Notes: generated by a model from the sequence alone, not told the origin. A stretch of DNA of 32,000 nt from Schaalia odontolytica (GCF_005696695.1 NZ_CP040006.1:120001-152000); one strand, 5' to 3'; shown: positions 9,964 through 19,549, numbered from the stretch's first letter. Numbers and translations are program-made.

Positions 9964-10932
9964 GTGTTCGCCATGACGACGCCCACCTTCGCCGACGTTG
10001 ACGAGGCCCTCGCCCGCCACGACTACCGCGCGGCCCTGTCTATCCTCGAATCCCTCGAGGTCGTGGGTGAAGACGCCTGTTACCGTCGCGACGTCCAGGC
10101 CGCGGCCTGCGCCGACCGCCTCGGCCTGTACCCCCTGTGCGAGGAGTATGCGACGCGCGCACGCGCCTACGGCGACGACATGGCCGACCCCTTCGCGCTC
10201 ATCGCCCGCGCCCAGCGCCGCCAAGGCCTCGTCGCGGACGCGGAGGCCACGGCCTCGGCCGGCATGCGCCTGCATCCCCAATCCGCCGAGATAGCGCGTG
10301 AGCTGACCCTCTGCCTCGTCGACCTCGGACGCTACGACGAGGCGCGCCCGGTCTCCGAGATTGCCACCGACGGCCTTCCCAACGACGTCGAGCTCCTCAT
10401 GGCATACGGGCGCCTGTGGGCACCCGTGGAACCCAATGGCGCCCAGTGGGCCTTCGGGCGCGCCACCGCGAACGCCCCGGACCTGGCCGAAGCGAAGTTC
10501 GCATACGACTCCCTGGCCCACCCGCTCAAGGGAGCGGGGCGCTCCTCGTACGACATCGAGATGGAGCCGCCCGTCGCCGAGGCCTACGGACGGATGCTCA
10601 AGCGCGTGACCTTCGCCCTCGACAAAGCCTGGATTTTCGCCATTTTCTCGGGCTTCGGCTGCGGAATCGGCTACGTCGCAACCCTGCGAGTCATGACGGA
10701 TGAGCTCGCGCTGTTCTTCTTCCTCCTGTACGCCGTCATGTCGCTCAGCGGCTACCTCATGACGTTCGCGCAGATCGCGCTCTTCAATCGCGTCCTCCCG
10801 CGAGGCGTGCGCCTGACCTTCAGGATCCTGCGCAAGCGCTTCCCGGACCTGGGGAGCTCCGTCATGGACTTCGTTCGCATGATCGTGCTGGCGGGGCTCA
10901 TCCTCTTCGGGCTGATGGCGCTCACCCGCTGA
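9964..10932 (+). CDS. Hypothetical membrane protein: TPR-like helical N-terminal half plus a C-terminal multi-TM region
   Basis: 322-aa ORF (GTG 9964 or ATG 9973, with a G-rich RBS-like run upstream). Helical repeat-like segments are present (ALARHDYRAALSILESL..., LVDLGRYDEARPV...). The C-terminus has several hydrophobic spans (WIFAIFSGFGCGIGYVATL, LFFFLLYAVMSLSGYLMTF, MIVLAGLILFGLMAL). Confidence 0.7.
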   Translation: MFAMTTPTFADVDEALARHDYRAALSILESLEVVGEDACYRRDVQAAACADRLGLYPLCEEYATRARAYGDDMADPFALIARAQRRQGLVADAEATASAGMRLHPQSAEIARELTLCLVDLGRYDEARPVSEIATDGLPNDVELLMAYGRLWAPVEPNGAQWAFGRATANAPDLAEAKFAYDSLAHPLKGAGRSSYDIEMEPPVAEAYGRMLKRVTFALDKAWIFAIFSGFGCGIGYVATLRVMTDELALFFFLLYAVMSLSGYLMTFAQIALFNRVLPRGVRLTFRILRKRFPDLGSSVMDFVRMIVLAGLILFGLMALTR

Positions 10933-11019
10933 TCCCTGTCGCTGCGCAGTTTCAGTGATGACGGCGAAAAATGCTCATATCCTGACCAGTGAAAAAGTGT
11001 CTAACTGGGCATCGCATAG

Positions 11020-11643
11020 TTGCTTTGTAAGGCGCGAAAAATTAACGGACAGCGCTATTGTGAGGGCGTGACCTATCAGCCCTTGCAATTCGATGCCGCG
11101 CCCCGGCCCTACCGCCTGGGGAATGACCAGCTGCGCCGCTACAACCGCGTGCGCGCCGGCCAGCGAACGCAGGGCCGCGTCAACATCGCCATCGACGTCG
11201 TCACTATCCTCCTGATTGTCTCCGTCAGCGCCATCGTCGCTATCGTCGAGCTCTCTTCCATGCCCGACACGATCCTCGAAAAGCTCGCCGGCCTCGCCCT
11301 GACCCTCATCCTCGGAGGAGGACTCATCCTCCTCGCGCTCCTCGCCGCACTCCTCATCGCCGCCCGCCGCTGGCACCGCGAATGGGACGGCAACGAAGAC
11401 CTCGTCATCTTCTCCGAGTCCCACGCAGCCCTGCACGCAGCCCGGCAAGACGGCGCCGTCATGATCGCCTGCGCGCGCATGCAGCTGGCCTGGTTCATCG
11501 GCTTCCTCGCCGTCGGCTCCATCGCCGTCGCCACCGAATCCGCTCTCCTCGCCGCCCTCGTCTCCCTGCCCCTCGCCATGGGACTCCTCAACTCCTGGCG
11601 CTCCTGCCAAGCCCTGCGCCGCATCACCGGACGCACCCTCTGA
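11020..11643 (+). CDS. Hypothetical multi-TM membrane protein
   Basis: ORF with hydrophobic spans (VVTILLIVSVSAIVAIV, LALTLILGGGLILLALLAALLIAA, LAWFIGFLAVGSIAVA). The start is uncertain (non-ATG at 11020; GTG candidates near 11060). The opposite-strand 10975..11685 ORF is acidic low-complexity sequence and was rejected. Confidence 0.55.
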   Translation: MLCKARKINGQRYCEGVTYQPLQFDAAPRPYRLGNDQLRRYNRVRAGQRTQGRVNIAIDVVTILLIVSVSAIVAIVELSSMPDTILEKLAGLALTLILGGGLILLALLAALLIAARRWHREWDGNEDLVIFSESHAALHAARQDGAVMIACARMQLAWFIGFLAVGSIAVATESALLAALVSLPLAMGLLNSWRSCQALRRITGRTL

Positions 11644-11718
11644 CACGCGTCGGGCCCGCACGCCCACGCGCACGGACCCGATCACTGTGCCCCGGCCTCG
11701 TCGGCGCGGGACGGAAGG

Positions 11719-12237
11719 TCAGCCCTTCGAAAGTTTTTCTCGCACGGCTCCCGCGCCGAACGTCAGCGCGGTCAGGCCCGCTTCCAGAGCGCCCAGGGCC
11801 AGCCCCTGCCTCGTGTGGGCAAAACGAGCGCCCTGCGCACGGCGACCCTCACCGCGGCGGAACAGCCAGCGCTCCACGCCGACCGTGATCATCGCCGACC
11901 CCAGCGCCGCGCCCGCGAGAACCGCCAGCTCCGCCGGATCCGCCTCGGTGACACCCTCGAGCGGATCCTCACCCGCGACGGGGGATGACTTCGAGCAGTC
12001 CACGTCCTCGTCATCGTAGGGCGGAAGCTCCGAGGGCTCCGGCAGCTGCGCCACCATCGACCAGCCGAGCACCCCCAGCAGACCCGCCTTCACGAGACCG
12101 CGCAACGGACGCGAGCGCACGTAATCAGGCAGGGCGTACCACGCGACGGTCGCACCCACGCCCGCCGCAAACCCCGCGACCCGAGTCGGGTCCACCGAGC
12201 CAGCGCACGGACAAGAACAGCTAGATGAGGCGGCCAT
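11719..12237 (-). CDS. Hypothetical protein with hydrophobic segments and an N-terminal Cys-rich stretch
   Basis: The ORF track starts at 12252 (TTG). ATG 12237 has GAAAGGA upstream and gives MAASSSCSCPCAGSVDP.... No family was recognised. Confidence 0.55.
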   Translation of the reverse strand: MAASSSCSCPCAGSVDPTRVAGFAAGVGATVAWYALPDYVRSRPLRGLVKAGLLGVLGWSMVAQLPEPSELPPYDDEDVDCSKSSPVAGEDPLEGVTEADPAELAVLAGAALGSAMITVGVERWLFRRGEGRRAQGARFAHTRQGLALGALEAGLTALTFGAGAVREKLSKG

Positions 12238-12267
12238 GGCCAGTCCTTTCAATCGGGAGCGCGCGGA

Positions 12268-13578
12268 TCAATCCGCGAGCAGGTCAAGCAGGTGAGAGAC
12301 AACCTTTCCGCCCGAATAGGCGGAACCGTCGTGCTGGTACTCATTCGTGATGTAGTGGCGAGCGCCGATCAGCTCACCCGTCTCCACGGACAGCTCACGC
12401 GGCACGAACATGTCGTCGTAGTACACGGCCGCAGCCACCGGCACCGTGTTCTCGGCCAGCACATCCGGCAGGTACACGGGCGCCGCCTCCGTCGTCGACG
12501 CGAGGATCTCCGCGACGCCCTTCAGCGGCGCTAAGCCCGGGTCCTCGTCGTAGACGCGGCGCATGAAATGCTCGCCCGTCAGGTAGAACGGCTCGCTCTC
12601 ATCCAGAGGGTTCGCGTCCTTCGCGAAGCCCGGGATCTCCTCGGCCAGGCGATCCGCCGCCCAGCCCGTCGCCGTGCCCACCAGGTCCGGCGTCGCGCAC
12701 GCGTAGATGTACTCCTGGAACACGGCGTAAATCGGTGCGACGTCCACCTGCGAGCCGATCGCCGCCAGGAACTGCGACGAGAGACGTCGCTCGCCTCGAA
12801 CCGACGTCCACGGACCCTCGAGCAGGTAGTGCAGCTGATCCGTGTTGCCCTGGCCGCCCAGCATCATGCCGATCATGCGCAGGCGCGCGGGGGAGAGACG
12901 CTCGCCCGTCGGCAGCGTCTCCTCCGTGTCAGCCAGGTGCGCGCACAGCTCGCGCACCGTGCGCTCATCGCCCGGGTGGCGCTGGAAGTACGCGCGGTTG
13001 CGCGCCGCCGTGCGCTCATACGTCAGACGGTAGATCTCGTCCACATGGACGAGGCCGGGCAGACCTCCCGTGATCAGGCTGGCCTTCAGGCCCTGGGGAG
13101 CCAGCGACAGGTACGAGGTCGTGATAAAGCCGCCGAAAGACTGGCCGAGCGTCGTCCACGGGTCATCCCCGCACAGCTCGCGGCGCAACGCCTCCGCGTC
13201 GTACACGATCTGATCCTGGCGGAAGTGGCGCAGGTACGCGGCCTTCTCCTCGTCCGTATCCAAGTGGGAGAGCGCCTGGGCGTCCATGCGGGTCGACTGG
13301 CCCGTGCCTCGCTGATCGAGGAGCACCACGCGGTAATCCTGCAGGAGACGATTCATCCATCCGCCGGTAAACGTGCCGAAACGCGGGCTCGGGTAGCCCG
13401 GGCCACCCTGGAGAAACACCGCGTAGGGAGCGTCCTCGCGGCCCTTGCGCACGACCTCGCGCGCGAAAACCTGAATCGTCGGGTTGTCCTCGCCAGTGGG
13501 GCGCAGGTGATCAAGGGGAACGTCCAGGCGGTGTTCGTAAACGGTGTGACCGTGGTGCAGGTACGACTCTGTGTGCAT
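12268..13578 (-). CDS. Alpha/beta-hydrolase, S33 prolyl aminopeptidase-like
   Basis: The ORF track extends to 13779 through repeat DNA. ATG 13578 gives MHTESYLHHGHTVYEHRLDVPLDH.... Motifs: FLQGGPGYPSP (GGPG oxyanion region), DQRGTGQS, and the nucleophile elbow GQSFGG. Confidence 0.8.
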   Translation of the reverse strand: MHTESYLHHGHTVYEHRLDVPLDHLRPTGEDNPTIQVFAREVVRKGREDAPYAVFLQGGPGYPSPRFGTFTGGWMNRLLQDYRVVLLDQRGTGQSTRMDAQALSHLDTDEEKAAYLRHFRQDQIVYDAEALRRELCGDDPWTTLGQSFGGFITTSYLSLAPQGLKASLITGGLPGLVHVDEIYRLTYERTAARNRAYFQRHPGDERTVRELCAHLADTEETLPTGERLSPARLRMIGMMLGGQGNTDQLHYLLEGPWTSVRGERRLSSQFLAAIGSQVDVAPIYAVFQEYIYACATPDLVGTATGWAADRLAEEIPGFAKDANPLDESEPFYLTGEHFMRRVYDEDPGLAPLKGVAEILASTTEAAPVYLPDVLAENTVPVAAAVYYDDMFVPRELSVETGELIGARHYITNEYQHDGSAYSGGKVVSHLLDLLAD

Positions 13579-13646
13579 GGACACAATGGTAGCGGTTTTG
13601 CGGCGGTGCCGTTGTGGTCGTTTGTTGTCCCGTCTGTTTTCTGGGC

Positions 13647-14295
13647 GCTGCTTGTGGCCCCACGGGTGTTCCGGGCGCCGGAGGGCCCGGCCGCCCGCGA
13701 GGCTAGGCGTCCTCACTTCGTTCGGCGCCGCGCCTCGAAGCCCGCCCGTGCCCTCCGGTCCCTCCGGCGCCCTCCACACCTGTGGGGCTGGATCGCTGTG
13801 CTAGCCCGGCCAGGCCCCGCCGCCGCCCACGGGCACCGCAGCCTGGCCCTCAGGGTCCTCCGGTGCCCTCCACACCGGCGGCGCCTGGTCGCTGTTGTCT
13901 GGTTCGGTGCGTCGTCTCGAAGCCCGGCCAGGCCCCGCCGCCGCCCACGGGCCCGCAGTCAGGCCGTGCCAACCAGGCGGCCGGTTGTCTGAAACCGGTG
14001 TCGCCATTGCTCGTGCCTGCCTGCGTAGGGTTGAAACCGTCATCGCCTTTGCGGGTGCGAAATGGGTGTTTCTTAGTGCAGTTTTCGGGTGCAGAGGTGA
14101 TGTCGGTTTCAACGGTCCCTTGTCGGGGGTGAGCAGTGGTGTTGTTGGTTTCAACGTCGCTACGTTGTCGCACCTCGTGCGCGAAAAAGTTCGCCCTGCT
14201 TGGCCTGATGTGTGCGTGAGCGCGAAAAAGTTCGCCCTGCACGCTCAAAACACCCCAAAATCGGCGTTTTTACATTTGCTGGGCGAGTTTTTTCG
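13647..14295 (+). repeat. Long intergenic repeat element, copy 1 (GC-rich 5' module plus GAAACC/GGTTTC hairpin module plus 3' module)
   Basis: Collinear with 28127-28968 by hand alignment. Shared blocks include GGTGTTCCGGGCGCCG, GGTTCGG(T/C)GCGTCGTCTCGAAGCCCGGCCAGGCCCC, GTTGAAACCGTCATC(G/A)CCTTTGCGGG, GCGCGAAAAAG(T/G)TCGCCCTGCT and TGCTGGGCGA. Confidence 0.8.
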
Positions 14296-14720
14296 CGCCA
14301 ACCCCACCTGCGCCGATCTTGGATGCAGCGCCGCGCACTTCAGGCTGGCTGCCGATGGGGGTTTTGCAGCATTAGGAACTGGCTGTCGGCGTGTCGCCGG
14401 CGTGTCACACCCCTAATGACGCCATTCCCCCCGTTGCGTGGTGCTGAGGTTGCGGCGTGAGGGGGTGGACGCATCGATTGTGCTATTCAGCGCTGTAGGC
14501 GAGGCGGATGCGAGGCGGATCTGGTCGCTGGACCCCACTACTGGCACCCTTAACCCGCTAATGCGCAGCTAAACCCTATTGGTGGCATGGTGGGCAGGCC
14601 GCCCAGGGCGCCACCCATCGGGTTAACGTGCGCATGAAGGGGCCCAGGCCGCCACCTATCGGGTTAACGTGCGCGTAGGTCGGCCCTGGCGGTCCGAGCA
14701 GCTGGAGCCCAGCCAGCTCG

Positions 14721-15050
14721 TCAGAGCCAGTTGAGCAACGCGACGTAGCAGACCGTTCCGATGCCGACGCTCCACAGGAGCTTGCGGCCGCTCAGCAGGT
14801 GCGCCGCGACCGTCACCCCCGCCGCCACCAGCGCCGCCCACCAGCGGCCACCCGCCGCCTGCGCTCCCTGCGTCAGCGTGGAGAGCACCAGAATCAGCAT
14901 GATGCCCGGCGGCATCCACACCGCCATGTCGGAGACGAAACGCGAGTCGCGCAGCGGCTCGAGGATCTTGAACGGCAGAGCACGCAACGTAAAGTCGATG
15001 ACGAAGGTGATTGCCAGAAGCGCCAGCAGGTAGCCCAGCGTCGGAGTCAC
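14721..15050 (-). CDS. azlD: Branched-chain amino acid exporter small subunit AzlD-like
   Basis: 109-aa hydrophobic protein. Its GTG start overlaps the azlC stop (GTGA). The position and size are typical of AzlD next to AzlC. Confidence 0.8.
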   Translation of the reverse strand: MTPTLGYLLALLAITFVIDFTLRALPFKILEPLRDSRFVSDMAVWMPPGIMLILVLSTLTQGAQAAGGRWWAALVAAGVTVAAHLLSGRKLLWSVGIGTVCYVALLNWL

Positions 15051-15805
15051 TGCGCACCCCCTTCAGTCGCCTCATCCGCGGAGTGCAGGATGCCTCGGCG
15101 ATGAAGGACGTGGCGAACCACCAGGCACGCGACGAACAGCAGGAGCGCCACCAGCAGGCGCTGGCCGGGTGCCGCCACCATGGCCACCGCGAAGGATGTG
15201 CCAGCCAGGAGGATTGAGGGCAGCTCGCGCCTCGTGCGCGCCGCGTCCAGCGTCAGCGTGATGAACAGGGCCGTCAGCGCGAAGTCGAGTCCCTCGATCT
15301 GCGTAGGAATCAAGGATCCCGCGGACACGCCCACGAGGCTCGAGATCACCCACGTGAGGTTAAAGAGAGCCTGCATCGCCAACAGGCGAGGCTTCGTCCA
15401 CCCGTTCGGGCGGGCGGCGGTCAGCGCGTAGGCCTCGTCTACGAGGGCGTACATCGAGAAGAGGCGCGCAAAACGGCCCTCGATGACGTGCAACGGGAAC
15501 GAGAACGCGAAAAACAGGAGGCGGAAATTCACCAGCAGCATCGTCACCGCGATGACAGCCAGCGGCGTATTCTGCGCGGCCAGAGTGACGACGAGCAGCT
15601 CGGCCGACCCCGAGTAGGCGGCCAGGGAGAGCGACGGAGCCAACCACCACGGCAGGCCCAGCTGGATGACGAGAACGCCGTACGCCAGGCCCAGCGGGAT
15701 GTAACCCGCGGCCACGGGCGCCGTGATGCGCAGGCCTTCGAGGATCTCGCGGCGGGTAGGGCTAGCCGGCACGGGGAGGTTCACGGTGCGCGGTAGCTTG
15801 GGCAT
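15047..15805 (-). CDS. azlC: AzlC-family branched-chain amino acid permease/exporter
   Basis: The ORF track extends to 16006. ATG 15805 gives MPKLPRTVNLPVPASPTRREILEGLRITAPVAAGYIPLGLAYGVL..., a typical AzlC N-terminus followed by a multi-TM body. Confidence 0.85.
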   Translation of the reverse strand: MPKLPRTVNLPVPASPTRREILEGLRITAPVAAGYIPLGLAYGVLVIQLGLPWWLAPSLSLAAYSGSAELLVVTLAAQNTPLAVIAVTMLLVNFRLLFFAFSFPLHVIEGRFARLFSMYALVDEAYALTAARPNGWTKPRLLAMQALFNLTWVISSLVGVSAGSLIPTQIEGLDFALTALFITLTLDAARTRRELPSILLAGTSFAVAMVAAPGQRLLVALLLFVACLVVRHVLHRRGILHSADEATEGGAQ

Positions 15806-16047
15806 GGGTGCAATTGTGACGCGTGAGGCGGTAGGAGTGCGCGCTGGCAGGGCCGTGCGTGACGACTTGCACGCTCTCGTAGCGGGGGCGTTTCGCAGAG
15901 TGGGAAAGGGCCTCGTCGCGGACCTGTCACATAGTTTCAAAACGGGAAATAGCTCTCGCGCAATAAACCGTCCGGTGGAAATATCGTTCCTGTCGCCGAG
16001 GAACATACCCTCGGCGCTTCCATCGAAAACGCAGATCAGGAGCCCTC

Positions 16048-16950
16048 ATGAGCGCCACTCACGCACGCAAGAAGCCATTCCTTCGACTCGCCACGGCCGC
16101 CGTCGCCATGGTCGCAGCCCTCGGCATGGCCGCATGCTCTGGTGGCGCGTCCACCTCCTCGTCCTCCTCGTCGAGCGCGCAGGTCGGCGACCGCAGCCCC
16201 GAGCAGATCAAGGAAGCCGGCGAGATCGTCATCGGCATCTTCTCCGACAAGGCCCCCTTCGGCTACATCGACGCCGACGGCAAGCCCGCCGGATACGACG
16301 TCGTCTACGGCGACCGCATCGCCGCCGACCTGGGCGTCACCGCTAAGTACGTCCCCGTCGACGCCGCCGCCCGCACCGAGGTCCTCGCCTCCAACAAGGT
16401 TGACATCACCCTCGCGAACTTCACCGTCACGCCCGAGCGCGCCGAAAAGGTCGACTTCGCGAACCCCTACTTCAAGGTCTCCCTTGGCGTCGTCTCGCCC
16501 ACCTCGGCCGAAATCACCGACGTGAGCCAGCTGGCCGGCAAGACCCTCATCGTCACCAAGGGCACGACCGCCGAAGCCTACTTCGAGGCCAACCACCCCG
16601 AGGTCAAGCTCCAGAAGTACGACCAGTACTCCGACGCCTACCAGGCCCTCGAGGACGGCCGAGGCGACGCCTTCTCCACCGACAACACCGAGGTCATCGC
16701 CTGGGCGATCCAGCACCCCGGCTTCAGCGTCGGCATCAAGAGCCTGGGCGAAACCAGCTACATCGCGGCCGCCGTTAAGAAGGGCAACACCGCCCTCCTC
16801 GACTGGCTGAACAACCAGCTCGTTGAGCTCGGCAAGGAAAACTTCTTCCACAAGGACTACGAGCAGACCCTCGCCCCCGTCTACGGTGACGCCGCTACCC
16901 CCGACGACCTCGTCGTCGAAGGCGGCGTGGACACCACCTCCACCAACTGA
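16048..16950 (+). CDS. Polar amino-acid ABC transporter substrate-binding lipoprotein (family 3 SBP)
   Basis: The signal peptide has a lipobox-like AALGMAAC followed by an S-rich linker. The SBP_bac_3-like body includes IVIGIFSDKAPFGYIDADGKPAGYDV, ANFTVTPERAEKVDF and STDNTEVIAW. Confidence 0.9.
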   Translation: MSATHARKKPFLRLATAAVAMVAALGMAACSGGASTSSSSSSSAQVGDRSPEQIKEAGEIVIGIFSDKAPFGYIDADGKPAGYDVVYGDRIAADLGVTAKYVPVDAAARTEVLASNKVDITLANFTVTPERAEKVDFANPYFKVSLGVVSPTSAEITDVSQLAGKTLIVTKGTTAEAYFEANHPEVKLQKYDQYSDAYQALEDGRGDAFSTDNTEVIAWAIQHPGFSVGIKSLGETSYIAAAVKKGNTALLDWLNNQLVELGKENFFHKDYEQTLAPVYGDAATPDDLVVEGGVDTTSTN

Positions 16951-16957
16951 CGCAGGT

Positions 16958-17037
16958 ACGAGGCCGTGGCCCCCACCGGGGACAGCGCCCACCGCGGGTA
17001 AACGCCCCGGGCGGCCACGGCCTCGTCCCGGATTTTT
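16958..17037 (+). terminator. Intra-operon hairpin / partial terminator between the SBP and permease genes
   Basis: Perfect 14-bp inverted repeat ACGAGGCCGTGGCC (16958-16971) / GGCCACGGCCTCGT (17013-17026), followed by CCCGGATTTTT. This is a classic arrangement for raising SBP stoichiometry. Confidence 0.55.
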
Positions 17038-17040
17038 CCT

Positions 17041-17700
17041 ATGAATCTTGACATCCTGGCGCGATACGCGCCCCTGTACGTCGACGCCGCCATCCTCACC
17101 CTGAGGATCGCGGCTATCGGCATCGTCGGCTCCCTCGCGGTCGGCCTGCTCGTGGCCGCGATCCGGCAGTACCGGATCCCCGTCGCCACCCAGATCGCCG
17201 CCGCTTACGTCGAACTGTCGCGCAACACGCCCCTGCTCGTGCAGCTCTTCTTCATCTACTTCGGCCTGCCGCGCGTGGGCATCAAGTGGAGCGGCGAGAC
17301 CTGCGCGATCGTCGGCCTCATCTTCCTGGGCGGTGCCTACATGGCCGAGGCCCTGCGCTCCGGCCTCGACTCGATTGCCACGATCCAGTGGGAGTCCGCG
17401 TCCGCGCTCGGCCTCACACGCACCCAGACGCTGCGTCACGTCGCGCTCCCGCAGGCCATCGCGACCTCCGTGCCGCCGCTCGCCGCCAACGTCATCTTCC
17501 TCATCAAGGAAACATCCGTCGTCTCCGTCGTCGCGCTGCCCGACCTCGTGTACGTCGCGAAAGACCTCATCGGCATGTCCTACAACACCTCCGAAGCGCT
17601 GATCCTCCTGGTCATCGCCTACCTGGTGATCCTCCTGCCCGTGTCCATCGCGGCCCGACTCATCGAAAAGAAGGTGCGCCGTGGCGGATTTGGGAATTAA
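17041..17700 (+). CDS. Amino-acid ABC transporter permease (His/Glu/Gln/Arg/opine family)
   Basis: 219 aa, multi-TM. EAA-loop-like segment ESASALGLTRTQTLRHVALPQAI. Confidence 0.9.
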   Translation: MNLDILARYAPLYVDAAILTLRIAAIGIVGSLAVGLLVAAIRQYRIPVATQIAAAYVELSRNTPLLVQLFFIYFGLPRVGIKWSGETCAIVGLIFLGGAYMAEALRSGLDSIATIQWESASALGLTRTQTLRHVALPQAIATSVPPLAANVIFLIKETSVVSVVALPDLVYVAKDLIGMSYNTSEALILLVIAYLVILLPVSIAARLIEKKVRRGGFGN

Positions 17701-18358
17701 CGTCATCTTCGAGGGCCGCAACCTCGTACGCATCCTCGAGGGCCTGGGCGTCACCGTCGGCATCTCCGCGCTGTCCGTCGTGCTGTCGCTGGTGCTCGGC
17801 GTGTTCGTCGGCCTCGGCATGCGCTCGCGCTGGCGAGTCCTGCGCTGGCTCATGCAGCTCTACCTCGAGTTCGTGCGCATCATGCCCCAGCTCGTCCTCC
17901 TGTTCGTGGCCTACTTCGGGCTCACGCGCGTCGCGGGGATCAACCTGGACGGCATCACGGCGTCCGTCCTCGTCTTCACCCTGTGGGGCGGTGCCGAAAT
18001 GGGTGACCTGGTGCGAGGCGCGCTCATCGCGATCCCCCGCCACCAGTACGAGTCCGCCTACGCTCTGGGACTCACCCCGAGGCAGACCATGCGCCGCGTC
18101 ATCCTGCCGCAAACCCTGCGCAGGCTTGCGCCCCCGGCCGTCAACCTCATCACCCGTATGGTGAAGACGACGTCCCTCGTCGTGCTCATCGGCGTCGTCG
18201 AAGTCCTCAAGGTTGGACAGCAGATCATCGACGCCAACCGCTTCAACTACCCGACCGCCTCGCTGTGGATCTACGGCCTGATCTTCGTGCTGTACTTCCT
18301 CATCTGCTGGCCCATCTCGCTCCTCTCACGCCACATGGAGAAAACATGGCAGAACTGA
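17681..18358 (+). CDS. Amino-acid ABC transporter permease, second subunit
   Basis: 225 aa with a 20-nt overlap with the upstream permease. EAA-loop-like segment ESAYALGLTPRQTMRRVILPQTL. Confidence 0.9.
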   Translation: MADLGINVIFEGRNLVRILEGLGVTVGISALSVVLSLVLGVFVGLGMRSRWRVLRWLMQLYLEFVRIMPQLVLLFVAYFGLTRVAGINLDGITASVLVFTLWGGAEMGDLVRGALIAIPRHQYESAYALGLTPRQTMRRVILPQTLRRLAPPAVNLITRMVKTTSLVVLIGVVEVLKVGQQIIDANRFNYPTASLWIYGLIFVLYFLICWPISLLSRHMEKTWQN

Positions 18359-19113
18359 CCTCCGACCCGCAGCTGCGTCTCGTCGACCTTGACAAGACCT
18401 ACCCCGGCGGCCATCACGCCCTGCGCGGCGTCTCCCTCGACGTCGCCGACGGCGAAGTCGTCGTCATCATCGGCCCCTCCGGCTGCGGCAAGTCCACACT
18501 CCTGCGCACGATCAACGGCCTCGAGCCCATCAACTCCGGGCAGATCCTCTTCGACGGGACCGACCTGGCGGCCCCCGGCGTCTCCTGGCCCGATGTCCGC
18601 CGCCGTATCGGCATGGTCTTCCAGTCCTACGAGCTCTTCCCCCACCTGACCGTCATGGGGAACCTGACGCTCGCCCCCGGCCTCGTCGCGGGAGAATCGC
18701 GCGCCGACGCGAGCGCGCGGGCGCTGAAACTACTTGAGCGCGTCGGCCTGGCGGACCGCGCCGACGACTACCCGCGCCAGCTGTCCGGCGGCCAGCGCCA
18801 GCGCGTCGCCATCGTGCGTGCGCTCATGATGGACCCCGAGATCCTCCTCCTCGACGAGGTCACGGCCTCCCTCGACCCGGAGATGGTGCGCGAGGTCCTC
18901 GACGTCGTCCTCGAACTGGCTCGCACCGGCATGACGATGCTCATCGTCACCCACGAGATGGGCTTCGCCCGCGCGATCGCGGACCGCATCGTCTTCATGG
19001 ACGAGGGCCGCATCGTCGAGGTTGACCCGCCGCGCAAGTTCTTTGCGGACCCGTCCTCGGATCGTGCGCGCAAGTTCCTCGATATCTTCAGCTTCGAAGG
19101 CGCCAAGCTGTAA
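18346..19113 (+). CDS. Amino-acid ABC transporter ATP-binding protein
   Basis: The ORF track starts at 18265 inside the permease. ATG 18346 (GGAG upstream) gives MAELTSDPQLRLVDLDKTY. Walker A GPSGCGKST, signature LSGGQRQRV, Walker B ILLLDE. Confidence 0.92.
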   Translation: MAELTSDPQLRLVDLDKTYPGGHHALRGVSLDVADGEVVVIIGPSGCGKSTLLRTINGLEPINSGQILFDGTDLAAPGVSWPDVRRRIGMVFQSYELFPHLTVMGNLTLAPGLVAGESRADASARALKLLERVGLADRADDYPRQLSGGQRQRVAIVRALMMDPEILLLDEVTASLDPEMVREVLDVVLELARTGMTMLIVTHEMGFARAIADRIVFMDEGRIVEVDPPRKFFADPSSDRARKFLDIFSFEGAKL

Positions 19114-19145
19114 GGGTGTAGGAGCTCCTCGCGGAGGGGCTTGAG

Positions 19146-19185
19146 CGGGGGCGCAGGCTGGTGGCTTGCGCCCCCGTTGTTGTGC
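19146..19185 (+). terminator. Probable intrinsic terminator of the ABC operon
   Basis: CGGGGGCGCAGG ... CTTGCGCCCCCG stem (11 of 12 pairs) followed by T-rich GTTGTTGTGCTTGTT. Confidence 0.55.
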
Positions 19186-19500
19186 TTGTTGCTGTGCGCC
19201 CGGGATGTGTTCTGGGTGCCGGAGGGGTTGGCCTTGCTGGGCCCGGCTGCTTGGTGCGCCCGTGGGCGGCGGCCCGCCCGCGAGATCGCCACACGCGAGC
19301 CTTCGGCTCGGAGTGATCGATCAGATGCCCGGCCAGGCCTTGCCGCCGCCCACGGGCGCCGCAGCCTGGCCCTCCCGCCCGTGTTCTCGGTCCCACCGGC
19401 GCCCTTCCAACAGCAGGGGCTTCGTGTTCTGCTGGGATGTCTAGCCAGGCCTTGCCGCCGACCACGGGCGCCGCAGCCTGGATCACCAGTGTTCTGGTCC
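19182..19500 (+). repeat. Long intergenic repeat element, copy 3 (5' GC-rich module only)
   Basis: Shares CGTGGGCGGCGGCCCGCCCGCGAGATCGCCACACGCGAGC...CTCGGAGTG(A/G)TCGATC with 28264-28325. It carries two copies of CCAGGCC(TT/CC)GCCGCCG(C/A)CCACGGGC(G/A)CCGCAGCCTGG, as also seen at 13808-13848. Confidence 0.75.
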
Positions 19501-19526
19501 GGCACCTTCCGCGTTATGGCTTGTTC

Positions 19527-19549
19527 CTAAGTGGTGTGACACCACTTAG
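19527..19549. promoter_or_regulatory. 23-bp perfect palindrome CTAAGTGGTGT-g-ACACCACTTAG
   Basis: 11-bp arms around a single central base. This is too tight for an RNA hairpin, so it is more likely a dimeric protein-binding site. It contains the same GGTGT core as the neighbouring repeats. Confidence 0.5.

Noticed and set aside
9823-11685. Minus-strand ORFs 9823..10521 and 10975..11685 (the latter very acidic, G/D/E-rich)
   Set aside because: They are antisense to plus-strand membrane-protein ORFs that have coherent hydrophobic segments.
12568-13992. 474-aa plus-strand ORF
   Set aside because: It is antisense to the S33 hydrolase gene and then runs into repeat DNA. It is R/A/L-rich and has no motifs.
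13988-14155. GAAAC/GTTTC-containing repeats (also at 28577-28828) considered as a CRISPR array
   Set aside because: The units occur as forward and inverted sets that pair with each other. Their sequences vary between units, there are only 2-3 per orientation, there are no uniform spacers, and no cas genes are in the window.
14231-14293. In-frame similarity FALHAQNTPKSAFLHLLGEFF versus FALQAKKYPKLAFYGVLGEFC (28904-28966) inside repeat copies, hinting at a small ORF or gene relic
   Set aside because: 12 of 21 residues are identical, but nucleotide identity is comparably high. No start codon or RBS is conserved, and the surrounding ORFs differ in extent and frame. There is therefore no evidence for purifying selection on a peptide. 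It could still be a decayed gene fragment.
14611-14677. Direct repeat CCACC(C/T)ATCGGGTTAACGTGCGC x2 containing GTTAAC palindromes, considered as an operator for azlCD
   Set aside because: It lies downstream of the azlD 3' end, not in a promoter. It is more likely part of the repeat-rich non-coding block. Function is undetermined.
15986-16014. Two mutually exclusive 6-bp hairpins (GTTCCT/AGGAAC and CCGAGG/CCTCGG) in the SBP leader, considered as an attenuator or riboswitch platform
   Set aside because: The stems are only 6 bp in GC-rich DNA, so chance occurrence is plausible. No recognisable aptamer lies upstream.
16036-17853. 605-aa minus-strand ORF
   Set aside because: It is antisense to the SBP and permease genes, whose products have clear ABC-transporter motifs. 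The product is G/D/V/R-rich low-complexity sequence.
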